Shown in pieces: positions 7,100-15,061 of a stretch of 64,000 bases of DNA. Numbering within the stretch: position 1 is the first letter of the stretch; each line of letters begins with the position of its first letter. The stretch covers positions 1-64,000 of IMG/VR virus record IMGVR_UViG_3300021376_000037; one strand, 5' to 3'. The notes below the pieces were generated by a model. It saw nothing but the letters and a program-made list of their open reading frames with translations, did no database searches and had not been told where the DNA came from. A program made the position numbers and the translations under genes. This DNA is from a virus.

Positions 7100-7507
7100 A
7101 TGACCAACGAAAACCCCTTGAACCTGTTTCCCTGCAAGGATGCTGTCAGCGACGGTTGCCCTAACACCACTGTTGCGCCTGATACCTACTGCTGTGATTG
7201 CCACCTTTTCTATGAGGAGATTGCCGAGTCTCAAAAGCTGCTGAATGATGAAAGCTGGAAGTCTCCTGCTGATTCTATTGCTGCCGTTGATGCTGCGCGG
7301 AGCGTTCTCCCGCATTTCGAGATTGTCGATATTCCTGAGCCGCAGCCTGAGCCTGTTAAGCCTGACCTTGACGGTGTTTGCTACACGATGAACGCTGCCG
7401 AGGTTGATTGTCAGGCTGCGCTGTTTGAGATTGCCGCTGTGCTGGCAAAGTATCAGGACACGCTTAAGCAGATTGACACGGTTCTCGCTTCCTACGAGGT
7501 TCACTAA
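7100..7507 (+). CDS. hypothetical acidic Cys-rich protein (leaderless)
   Basis: 135-aa ORF at predicted +1. Confidence 0.75.
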   Translation: MTNENPLNLFPCKDAVSDGCPNTTVAPDTYCCDCHLFYEEIAESQKLLNDESWKSPADSIAAVDAARSVLPHFEIVDIPEPQPEPVKPDLDGVCYTMNAAEVDCQAALFEIAAVLAKYQDTLKQIDTVLASYEVH

Positions 7508-7508
7508 T

Positions 7509-7697
7509 ATGGGCAAGGCAAAGGGTGTGAATATCCAAATCACGCAGCAGCAGGCAAATACAATGGTTGCCGCAATGGATGCTGTAAAGGAAGCGTTGGA
7601 CCGTACAATGCCAAAGGGCAAACTGTATCAGGAGAACCTTTATCAAGCGCAGAAGCTTATCACAGAACAGATTATGGGAAAGGGAAAACTAAACTAA
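7509..7697 (+). CDS. hypothetical protein
   Basis: GAGG SD; coupled ORF. Confidence 0.6.
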   Translation: MGKAKGVNIQITQQQANTMVAAMDAVKEALDRTMPKGKLYQENLYQAQKLITEQIMGKGKLN

Positions 7698-7889
7698 TGC
7701 GCGAACGCAAGGTTCTCAGCGGTGAGGAGATAGACGCAATGGCTGAAAAGAATAGGCGCATCCTTATGACGCATTATAGCGTGGACGGAAAGCTGCCAGA
7801 TGACTTAGCCAATATTGCAGACCTTACCCGTATGTTGCTGTATAATCATAACTGTGCTATCCTTAAGGAAAGGGAAAACTAAACTAATG
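7677..7889. repeat. 23-nt direct repeat flanking ORF 7697-7882
   Basis: GGAAAGGGAAAACTAAACTAATG at 7677-7699 and 7867-7889. Confidence 0.85.
7697..7882 (+). CDS. hypothetical protein
   Basis: 61 aa; start lies in repeat. Confidence 0.6.
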   Translation: MRERKVLSGEEIDAMAEKNRRILMTHYSVDGKLPDDLANIADLTRMLLYNHNCAILKEREN

Positions 7890-8051
7890 GACCATCTTAA
7901 ATATTTGCGTGAGTTAGACGAGAAGTGGGAGAAGCATCGTAAGGTGTTGCGTGAGATGGGGTGGGAGGATGATAAGATTGAGGAGTATCTAGACAAGGCA
8001 AAGACTCATATTCTCGCACACCAATCGCTGACGAAGCTGGGGGTACAATAA
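7887..8051 (+). CDS. hypothetical protein
   Basis: start lies in second repeat copy. Confidence 0.6.
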   Translation: MDHLKYLRELDEKWEKHRKVLREMGWEDDKIEEYLDKAKTHILAHQSLTKLGVQ

Positions 8052-8176
8052 TGAATAAGATAAAGGATATCGATTTGCAGGAGCTGAACTATATTGTGCA
8101 TGCAACTGGTATGGCAATCTTCTTTGTGGTTGGCACAGCTGCCCTGCTTTATTTTGGTTTGGCTGTGGGGTACTAA
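8051..8176 (+). CDS. 41-aa membrane peptide
   Basis: TAATG-coupled both sides; C-terminal TM GMAIFFVVGTAALLYFGLAVGY. Confidence 0.6.
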   Translation: MNKIKDIDLQELNYIVHATGMAIFFVVGTAALLYFGLAVGY

Positions 8177-8538
8177 TGAGAAAAGAACTACACCAAGCAA
8201 AGCTAACCCTTAGCAGACTGAATGACCTGTGGAGTTTCACCGGAAAGGAAATGACATATAAGGTTCCTCTCCTGTTGCGGTTAGACCCTGATGATCCTGT
8301 TGAGGCATTGCTCTGTGTCGTTACTGCTTATGGTTGTGTTGCTGCTCATGCTGGATTGGCAATCGAGGATGGGATTAAACCAGACGAGACATGGGATAGA
8401 TTGTTCAAGCAGGTAGGCCAAGCCGTCATGTTTGACTTGCCCAGCAGCCTTAAATACTTTCAAAAGAAAGAGTTTGAAAAGAAAAGCGCAAGGGCATTCA
8501 CCATCGGCTGGGGGGAGGACTCCCCCTCCCCCCCGTAG
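8176..8538 (+). CDS. hypothetical protein
   Basis: 120-aa ORF. Confidence 0.6.
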   Translation: MRKELHQAKLTLSRLNDLWSFTGKEMTYKVPLLLRLDPDDPVEALLCVVTAYGCVAAHAGLAIEDGIKPDETWDRLFKQVGQAVMFDLPSSLKYFQKKEFEKKSARAFTIGWGEDSPSPP

Positions 8539-8706
8539 TCCCTTTCAAAACACGGAAAGTATGTCTGCCATAGAATTAATGTATGCCATAAAACGCGCTA
8601 TGGTCGTGAATAAATTCCGGACCAAAAATGGGAATTTTTCGTTTTTTATATAGGGGTTGAAATGTCTAAAAAATGCGGTATACTAAAAAAATCCTCGGAG
8701 AAAAAA

Positions 8707-8937
8707 ATGGAAAATCTTCAAATTGGTGACCTTGTTATGTGTAGAGAAAAAATATATCCCGATATGGATAAAAGTGTGCATAACATGAAGTTAGTTATTG
8801 GTTGGATAACTGCAAAAGATTTAAACGGCTATTTCATTCATTGGAGCGATAAGGATTGTGCAGGGTTTGTTAATTGCGAAAGCGCATATTTAACACGAAA
8901 TCTTTTCCTAGAAAAGAGAAAGGAAATGGGAATCTAA
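8707..8937 (+). CDS. small IGDLV-family protein
   Basis: QIGDLVMC...IGWI...IHWSD; GGAG SD; paralog of next gene. Confidence 0.7.
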   Translation: MENLQIGDLVMCREKIYPDMDKSVHNMKLVIGWITAKDLNGYFIHWSDKDCAGFVNCESAYLTRNLFLEKRKEMGI

Positions 8938-9194
8938 TGAAAATAGCTCCAAAATACAAGATTGGCGACCTGCTCATGTGCAAGTCATATATTAATCCAT
9001 ATGACGATGAAGACAGGGAGGACAACATTCGACCAATTATTGGTTGGATTGTCGAGGTAAGACCTTATATTTATTATCAAAATAAGCTTATTACATATTT
9101 GGTTCAATGGAGCGACCAAGACAAAGAAATGCTTATCAGCGAAGAAGATGCAGTAAAGTTACGCGATTACTATGAGGAAATCCGTAGCAAATAG
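8937..9194 (+). CDS. small IGDLV-family protein
   Basis: KIGDLLMC...IGWI...VQWSD. Confidence 0.7.
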   Translation: MKIAPKYKIGDLLMCKSYINPYDDEDREDNIRPIIGWIVEVRPYIYYQNKLITYLVQWSDQDKEMLISEEDAVKLRDYYEEIRSK

Positions 9195-9297
9195 CAAATT
9201 GTCATTCCTGTTACTAATTAGTATAGAGGTAAAGCGTTAAAATGTTTTAGAAAGGCCGTAGATTTGATTATAAACAGTTTGTTGGGAAAACAATTGA

Positions 9298-9513
9298 GTG
9301 GCAGAGGCAGACGACAAGGACGTTCCTATTGGCTCCCTAGTGCGTATACATGTACGCAGTGTAAACTCATATCTTGGAATAGTATTAGAAAGAGTCTTTC
9401 ACGATAAAGCCGGTTCCATTTCTTACACGGTATACATAATGGATTTAGACACGCAAATACTCATGTTTCCTTATGAATTAGAGGTTTTAAGTGGAAAACA
9501 AGAATCTACATAA
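9298..9513 (+). CDS. small IGxLV-family protein
   Basis: VPIGSLV...GIVL...MFPYELEVLSGK. Confidence 0.65.
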   Translation: MAEADDKDVPIGSLVRIHVRSVNSYLGIVLERVFHDKAGSISYTVYIMDLDTQILMFPYELEVLSGKQEST

Positions 9514-9736
9514 ACCTATTCCAATCGGTGCGCTCGTCATGGACCCATCCACAAAACGCCTTGCAATGATTCTTGATTATGTTCCAACTAGTGAGTGGGG
9601 TAGAGTTGACATGGACAATCCCAACCGAGCAGGAATAATTTATGGAATGTTATTTGTTGACGGGGTTGGACCACCAAAAACTTTCCGTTATGGGTATGAA
9701 ATAAAAGTATTGAGCGGAAAATATGATGACCCGTGA
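9491..9736 (+). CDS. small IGxLV-family protein
   Basis: IPIGALV...YGYEIKVLSGK. Confidence 0.65.
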   Translation: MENKNLHKPIPIGALVMDPSTKRLAMILDYVPTSEWGRVDMDNPNRAGIIYGMLFVDGVGPPKTFRYGYEIKVLSGKYDDP

Positions 9737-9926
9737 GATGTTTCCTGATTTTAAAGTTGGTGATCTTGTACAAATTAGGATAGACAATGGTGATGGTGGG
9801 CTAGCAATAGTCCTAGAAGACTTGCAATACATAGATGAACAATGTTTTTATCTTGTTTATTCTATGCGGGAAAATAAAAACATTCCTGTGTTCCCTTATG
9901 AAATAATATTAGTCCCGAGAGACTAA
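9723..9926 (+). CDS. small VGDLV-family protein
   Basis: FKVGDLV...LAIVL...VFPYEI. Confidence 0.65.
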   Translation: MMTREMFPDFKVGDLVQIRIDNGDGGLAIVLEDLQYIDEQCFYLVYSMRENKNIPVFPYEIILVPRD

Positions 9927-9934
9927 TTATATTC

Positions 9935-10171
9935 ATGGGCTACAAAAAATCTGTTTTGGACAGTCTAAATATTCCAGTTGGTGCGCTTGTAAGAGTCGAT
10001 ATCATCAAGCGTCGGGAGGATTTAGCTGTTGTTGTAGATAAAAATCTTGGCTTACTTGAAAACTGTTGGTATATGGTTCATTCCCTTAATAGTGGGAAAG
10101 AATACATGGCGTACCCTCATGAATTACTTTGGTTGAATAAATCTTTCGCTGAAAGCGATGAAAACCTCTAA
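9935..10171 (+). CDS. small VGxLV-family protein
   Basis: IPVGALV...LAVVV...AYPHEL. Confidence 0.65.
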   Translation: MGYKKSVLDSLNIPVGALVRVDIIKRREDLAVVVDKNLGLLENCWYMVHSLNSGKEYMAYPHELLWLNKSFAESDENL

Positions 10172-10208
10172 TTATTATAAACGCCTGTATATTTCTAGAG
10201 GATTTTTC

Positions 10209-10742
10209 ATGAAATCTGTATCTCCTGTAAACAAATACTATAATTTGGTTGCCGAAATAGAAGAAGAATTTCCCGGTTTTCGTGTTATCGAAAAAGAGGG
10301 AAACCGCTTCATGCTCTTTCTTTATCACCTTTCACTTATGCGTTTTTGGAATCCCCATTTCATGACACGGTTTATAACAACCGCATTTGGTTGCGTCTAT
10401 ATGCCCCGTGACCTGATTGGAACCGACATAGGAGCGGATGTTCTGAGACATGAACGTGTCCATCTACGTCAAGCAGCAAGGTGGGGAATGCTTTTCTATT
10501 TATCTTATTTACTTTTGCCCCTGCCTGCTTTTTTCACCTTTCGTGCATATTGGGAGTTTGAAGCTTATTGTGAAAGTCTGCGTTGCGAAAAGGAACGTTA
10601 TGGAGTGGTTTATAGCGAAACATTCAATTATTTTGTGGACTTATTTGTTGGTCCTGCCTATTTATGGATGTGCCCATTCCGGGGATATGTGGAAAAAAAA
10701 TTTTTAGATTTCTTGAAAAATGAAGATATAAGGTTGGTATAA
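10209..10742 (+). CDS. putative zinc metallopeptidase (HExxH)
   Basis: VLRHERVHLRQ and downstream EFEAY; hydrophobic segments. Confidence 0.65.
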   Translation: MKSVSPVNKYYNLVAEIEEEFPGFRVIEKEGNRFMLFLYHLSLMRFWNPHFMTRFITTAFGCVYMPRDLIGTDIGADVLRHERVHLRQAARWGMLFYLSYLLLPLPAFFTFRAYWEFEAYCESLRCEKERYGVVYSETFNYFVDLFVGPAYLWMCPFRGYVEKKFLDFLKNEDIRLV

Positions 10743-10748
10743 TATATT

Positions 10749-11501
10749 ATGATCAAAGTACGTATACTTGGTGAGGTGGCAGCAACAAGACAAAACCCTG
10801 ATGCCGGTGGAACCGTGGCAGTTCCTATCGGTAGCCCCGAGGTAGCAAATTATTTAAAAGCTAAGATAGGCGATATTAGCGATCCTAATAAATACGATAC
10901 GTTACATTATGCTGCTGGCGGGCAGGAGGACATGCCAGTTAAGTTCAAAGTGAAACCTCCACAGGATCTTAAAGCAAGACTAGGGCAAATACAAAAAAAT
11001 TTAAATATTATAAAATTAACTTTTTTGAAAAAAACTGCTGCTACTACCCAAGATGCTGAAACAGTTGCCGATGATGAAGCAAAAATCTCTGTTGATATAC
11101 AAAAGCTAAATGATCTTAGAAAACAAAAAGGTAACCGTAAAAGTCAATATGAAGTTGGAAAAAACGCCTTTTTAGCTTTTCAAAATGGTCTACAAGAATT
11201 AATAAATTATTATATTACAAAAGAAAAAGAATATTTTGGTGATGTGCCGCAATGGTCTGAAATGGAAGAATCACAAAGTCCAACTGACTTTAAGCCACTA
11301 GTGGTAAATCAATTATTAAAACATGGTGGTTATGATGGCAAAAAAATTGTTAATTTTATTCATAGTATTGCATATTCCGCTTTAGCAGCTGAATTTAAAC
11401 AACAAAGACTTTTGGAACAATATTATAATAAAAAACAAATAAAACTAAAAGAAATAATAAATCAAGTATTGCAAGAAATGAAACAGGAAAATGAAAAATA
11501 G
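10749..11501 (+). CDS. hypothetical protein (possible internal head protein)
   Basis: 250 aa; C-terminal KLKEIINQVLQE motif. Confidence 0.65.
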   Translation: MIKVRILGEVAATRQNPDAGGTVAVPIGSPEVANYLKAKIGDISDPNKYDTLHYAAGGQEDMPVKFKVKPPQDLKARLGQIQKNLNIIKLTFLKKTAATTQDAETVADDEAKISVDIQKLNDLRKQKGNRKSQYEVGKNAFLAFQNGLQELINYYITKEKEYFGDVPQWSEMEESQSPTDFKPLVVNQLLKHGGYDGKKIVNFIHSIAYSALAAEFKQQRLLEQYYNKKQIKLKEIINQVLQEMKQENEK

Positions 11502-11567
11502 TTTTAAAGCTTTTATATTATTTTGTATGATATTACCATTTTGGATAGCGGAAAGGATAACTAGAAA

Positions 11568-11849
11568 ATGAAATTAACAAAACAGTTTTTGCGCGGTTTG
11601 ATTCGTGAAAGTTTGCAGCAAATGTCTGAGGAAGAAAAAGAATATACTGGTGGTATGTCAGACGAAGAAATAAAAGCACAGCGAAGACGTTTACAAGCTA
11701 AAGCCGATGCTGTCACACCAGAAGAAATGATTAATGCTGGTATTAGAAGTATTATACATGATCGTGAAGGCAATCATAGTGGAGAATGGGGTTTATCTGA
11801 TTATGTTAAAAATCAATTAAAATATGCTGGCGGTGATATAAAAAAATAA
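11568..11849 (+). CDS. hypothetical protein, possibly extended to 11962 by -1 frameshift
   Basis: MKLTKQFLRGLIRESL start; stop follows A7 run; -1 frame open to 11962. Confidence 0.7.
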   Translation: MKLTKQFLRGLIRESLQQMSEEEKEYTGGMSDEEIKAQRRRLQAKADAVTPEEMINAGIRSIIHDREGNHSGEWGLSDYVKNQLKYAGGDIKK

Positions 11850-11994
11850 AAAGTGTGGCAGATGCTATGAAGGCTAATGCGTATAGTGGGGAAAAAAATC
11901 AAAAAGATGTAGACCGCGCCGTGCAAATTATAGCTAAACATATTGATAAATTAAGAACATAGTAAAATAATTTAAGCTTCTTGGTAAATAAATT

Positions 11995-12019
11995 ACCCGC
12001 TATCAAAGGCGGGTTTTTT
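11995..12019 (+). terminator. intrinsic terminator
   Basis: ACCCGC-N8-GCGGGT + TTTTT. Confidence 0.75.
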
Positions 12020-12041
12020 GTTTATAAACTATTTATATATT

Positions 12042-12245
12042 ATGCCTCTTCGTAGACCTTGTTATGTAAAAGTTGGCGATTTTGTACGTACCCGTGGGGA
12101 TTTAGATATCTATGGGTATGTTACTTTTATTGATGCAAATAACGAAACAGGAGATTATTACGTAGAAATCATATATGATGAAGATGCAGACCCGTTATAT
12201 TTCTATGATGATCAGCTGGAAGTATTAAGCGTAATAAAAGAATAA
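12042..12245 (+). CDS. small VGDFV-family protein
   Basis: VKVGDFV...YGYV...QLEVLS; ACTATTTA motif just upstream. Confidence 0.65.
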   Translation: MPLRRPCYVKVGDFVRTRGDLDIYGYVTFIDANNETGDYYVEIIYDEDADPLYFYDDQLEVLSVIKE

Positions 12246-12472
12246 TGGAACATCAAATAGGCGATTTGCTGCTTGCACAAACTGTTGACGGTGGTATAAT
12301 GTTTGGACTAATAACAAACATTGTAGAATCGGAGCAAGACACATTTTTAAATTTGTATACAGTAACTTGGTTTAAAGGAGAGGATATAAAGGATACAAGA
12401 GATTATACGTATAATAACATTATTAGACTTAAAATGAACTTAAGCGACTATTTTAATGAAGATAAGGTATAA
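12245..12472 (+). CDS. small IGDLL-family protein
   Basis: HQIGDLL...FGLI...YTVTWF. Confidence 0.65.
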   Translation: MEHQIGDLLLAQTVDGGIMFGLITNIVESEQDTFLNLYTVTWFKGEDIKDTRDYTYNNIIRLKMNLSDYFNEDKV

Positions 12473-12474
12473 AC

Positions 12475-12648
12475 ATGAATTCTGAACAATTACAAGGTTT
12501 AATCAAATTATCAAAGCATTTTATAACAGTTTGCGTCACCGTATTATCTCTTTTTGTTATTTATAAAGTAGCTACGTCCTATTGGGTAAATCCACCAATA
12601 AAACAGGAGCCGCGTTATAAAAATACATTACAAAGAGACATAAATTAA
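12475..12648 (+). CDS. 57-aa single-TM protein
   Basis: below ORF-track cut-off; TM FITVCVTVLSLFVIYKVA; abuts SLT gene. Confidence 0.55.
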   Translation: MNSEQLQGLIKLSKHFITVCVTVLSLFVIYKVATSYWVNPPIKQEPRYKNTLQRDIN

Positions 12649-12649
12649 T

Positions 12650-13282
12650 ATGAAAAAAATAATAATTGCTTTAAGCTTTTTGTTTATGAGTGTTTCACCA
12701 GCACCAATTATGAAACCTCTGCTATGGGAACAAAAAAATCCAAAGCGAATTAAATGGAGTGAGCATACGTTTCAACAAATATATAGAAATTATGATTCAT
12801 TTGATAACGTAAAAGATATGCAATTCTTTTGCCCTAATTTTTATAATTTGAACCGTGATCAAAAAGTAAATGTATGGGGACAACTTATTGCAGCAATGTC
12901 TTGGTACGAAAGTGGTCATAATCCAAAAGCAAGGTTTCCACAACCAAGCTTAGGTATAGATCCAATAACAAATAAATATACCTGTGCAGAAGGTTTATTA
13001 CAATTAGGTTATGCAGATACAATGTGGCATTCCCAATGCGATTTTAATTGGACGCAAGATATACAGTTTGAAGAGAATGACAGTAGAAAAACTACATTTG
13101 ACCCATACATAAATTTAAAATGCGGAATAGGTATTTTAGCTAATCAAATACAAAGACATGGTAAAATTATCCTAAACCGTGGAGCATATTGGTCTGTATT
13201 AAAAGATGGACACAAAAATAGCAGATTAGAAGGCATAAGAAAGATAGTCATACAATACGACATGTGTAAAATAAATGAATAA
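12650..13282 (+). CDS. secreted lytic transglycosylase (SLT/lysozyme-like fold)
   Basis: signal peptide; AMSWYESG (catalytic Glu), GLLQL, DPYINLKCG motifs. Confidence 0.8.
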   Translation: MKKIIIALSFLFMSVSPAPIMKPLLWEQKNPKRIKWSEHTFQQIYRNYDSFDNVKDMQFFCPNFYNLNRDQKVNVWGQLIAAMSWYESGHNPKARFPQPSLGIDPITNKYTCAEGLLQLGYADTMWHSQCDFNWTQDIQFEENDSRKTTFDPYINLKCGIGILANQIQRHGKIILNRGAYWSVLKDGHKNSRLEGIRKIVIQYDMCKINE

Positions 13283-13598
13283 TAACATAAAGATAGCAAT
13301 AGTGGCACTATGTCTGATTAGTAACGGAATATTTGCAGCATTTCTTTCCAAATCTATCCGTTCTGGAAATACCGAATGGTATTGGTCATATTTAACAAGT
13401 TTTATTAGTGCTTCTATATTTGCTTATCAACTAAAAGAAAGAATGTTGCCACTAACAGTAACTTCTGTATTCCAAACGTTTTTCTTTCATGCAGCTTGGT
13501 ATGCGACAGCATTTTTTATTATGTCTAACGAATTACATGGACATAAATTAATAGGACTTTTGCTTGCTTTTTGTGGTATGATAGTAATGAGTCTATAA
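13275..13598 (+). CDS. small 4-TM membrane protein (SMR/DMT-like)
   Basis: 107 aa, four hydrophobic segments, C-terminal KLIGLLLAFCGMIVM. Confidence 0.65.
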   Translation: MNNNIKIAIVALCLISNGIFAAFLSKSIRSGNTEWYWSYLTSFISASIFAYQLKERMLPLTVTSVFQTFFFHAAWYATAFFIMSNELHGHKLIGLLLAFCGMIVMSL

Positions 13599-13607
13599 GG
13601 AGGCTTT

Positions 13608-13862
13608 ATGAGTTATTCACAAGCAGAAATACAAAACGCTGTAAATTATTCATGTGAAAGTTGTGACAACGAAACATTTAAGCAGGTATTTGTAATTAAA
13701 AGAATTTCAGCCCTAGTTTCAAAAGAAGGTAAAGATACATTTGTTCCAATTCCTATTTTTTCATGCGATATATGTGGTCATATAAATGAAATTTTTTCTA
13801 AAGATTTAAAAATCAACGATAAGTCCTCAGAAAAAGATTCAGTTTCTAACATACAATTATAA
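13608..13862 (+). CDS. Zn-ribbon protein
   Basis: CESC...CDICGH; GGAGG SD. Confidence 0.75.
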   Translation: MSYSQAEIQNAVNYSCESCDNETFKQVFVIKRISALVSKEGKDTFVPIPIFSCDICGHINEIFSKDLKINDKSSEKDSVSNIQL

Positions 13863-13867
13863 ACTAG

Positions 13868-13896
13868 TTGACTGTTAGTTCAAATAAATGTATGAT
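13868..13896 (+). promoter_or_regulatory. sigma70-type promoter
   Basis: TTGACT-N17-TATGAT with extended TG. Confidence 0.7.
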
Positions 13897-13906
13897 TGGC
13901 AGATAA

Positions 13907-14446
13907 ATGGAGACTTTAAATATGAAAGTTCTTGCTTTATCTGCCAATTATGAACCTTTAGGAGTGGTAACTTGGGAGCGTGCTATTACGCTGGTTTACT
14001 CTAATAAGGCGTTTACTGTTGAAGAATATAATTGCACTGTCCGGTCGCCTTCTACAGAATTTAAAGTTCCGGCAGTTATAGTTTTTAAAAAAGGTTATAT
14101 TGGCAATAAACGAAATTCTGTAAGATTTTCTCGTAGAAACGTTTGGATTCGTGATGAAGGTAAATGCCAATACTGCCATTTACACGTTTCTCTTTCTACT
14201 TTTACAATCGATCACGTTATTCCAAAGAAAAACGGTGGACAAACAGTATGGGATAATGTTGTTGCCTGTTGTTATGCCTGCAATCAGAAAAAAGGCGATA
14301 AAACTGTAAAAGAAACCGGTTTCAAGCTATTTAAATTACCGAAGAAACCAAATAGACTTCCATATATTCAAGAAATAACTGATGGACAATATAATTTAGA
14401 AAAAAATATTCCTGAACAATGGAAGTTCTATTTAGAAAGATTTTAA
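13907..14446 (+). CDS. HNH endonuclease (McrA/HNH_5-like)
   Basis: RDEGKCQYC...TIDHVIP...WDNVVACCYACNQKKG. Confidence 0.9.
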   Translation: METLNMKVLALSANYEPLGVVTWERAITLVYSNKAFTVEEYNCTVRSPSTEFKVPAVIVFKKGYIGNKRNSVRFSRRNVWIRDEGKCQYCHLHVSLSTFTIDHVIPKKNGGQTVWDNVVACCYACNQKKGDKTVKETGFKLFKLPKKPNRLPYIQEITDGQYNLEKNIPEQWKFYLERF

Positions 14447-15061
14447 ATGAGAATTACAGTTATTGATACCGAAACAACAGGTCTAGACTTGTCAAAGCAT
14501 GAAATTATTCAAATTGGAGTAGTGCAACTACAACAAGAAGATTTCGGAGATATAAAATCTCTAGCAGAATATGAATGTAATATTCGGCCATACAATATTA
14601 AATCTGCTAGTCCAGAAGCATTAAAAATTAATGGCTATACAGAAGAAAAATGGAAACATTCAATTAGTTTTAAAGATATGTTTAACCCATTAAATCATAT
14701 TTGGGAAAAAAGCGACCTACTTCTTGGACAAAATCTTATATTTGATTTACGATTTATTACTAAACATTATAAAAGATATGGCCTTGATAGACCAATGTTT
14801 CCTCGCTATTTAGACACTAAACACATGGGTTCTCAATTAGTTAACGAAGGAATTATGAAATCATCTTCAATGGACAGCATGTGCAAGCATTTTAATATAA
14901 AGTTTAAAGGCAGGGCACATACAGCGTTGACAGATTGCCAAAGGACTGTTACTCTATGGAGACAGTTGGGTAAGTACGCAGAAGCAAAGAAGTTTTCCTA
15001 CGAGGAGCCATACGATCCACATGCAAAAACGAATTCTAATGCCAGATCATCTAAGCAATAA
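14447..15061 (+). CDS. DEDDh 3'-5' exonuclease (DnaQ-like)
   Basis: DTETTG, QNLIFD, HTALTD exonuclease motifs. Confidence 0.9.
   Translation: MRITVIDTETTGLDLSKHEIIQIGVVQLQQEDFGDIKSLAEYECNIRPYNIKSASPEALKINGYTEEKWKHSISFKDMFNPLNHIWEKSDLLLGQNLIFDLRFITKHYKRYGLDRPMFPRYLDTKHMGSQLVNEGIMKSSSMDSMCKHFNIKFKGRAHTALTDCQRTVTLWRQLGKYAEAKKFSYEEPYDPHAKTNSNARSSKQ

Noticed and set aside
2002-7100. CRISPR array or integron attC array explanation for the early-region repeats
   Set aside because: repeats are degenerate, ~1.1 kb apart and resolve into promoter/operator parts; no constant repeat-spacer pattern, no attC R-box structure and no cas or integrase gene in the window
209-8463. Numerous minus-strand ORFs in the GC-rich region (e.g. 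2292-3041, 4108-4632, 7049-7621)
   Set aside because: antisense shadows of + strand genes that have promoters, SD sites or recognisable motifs
13907-14446. HNH gene as intron-encoded homing endonuclease
   Set aside because: free-standing with its own promoter; flanking genes are intact and no intron structure is evident
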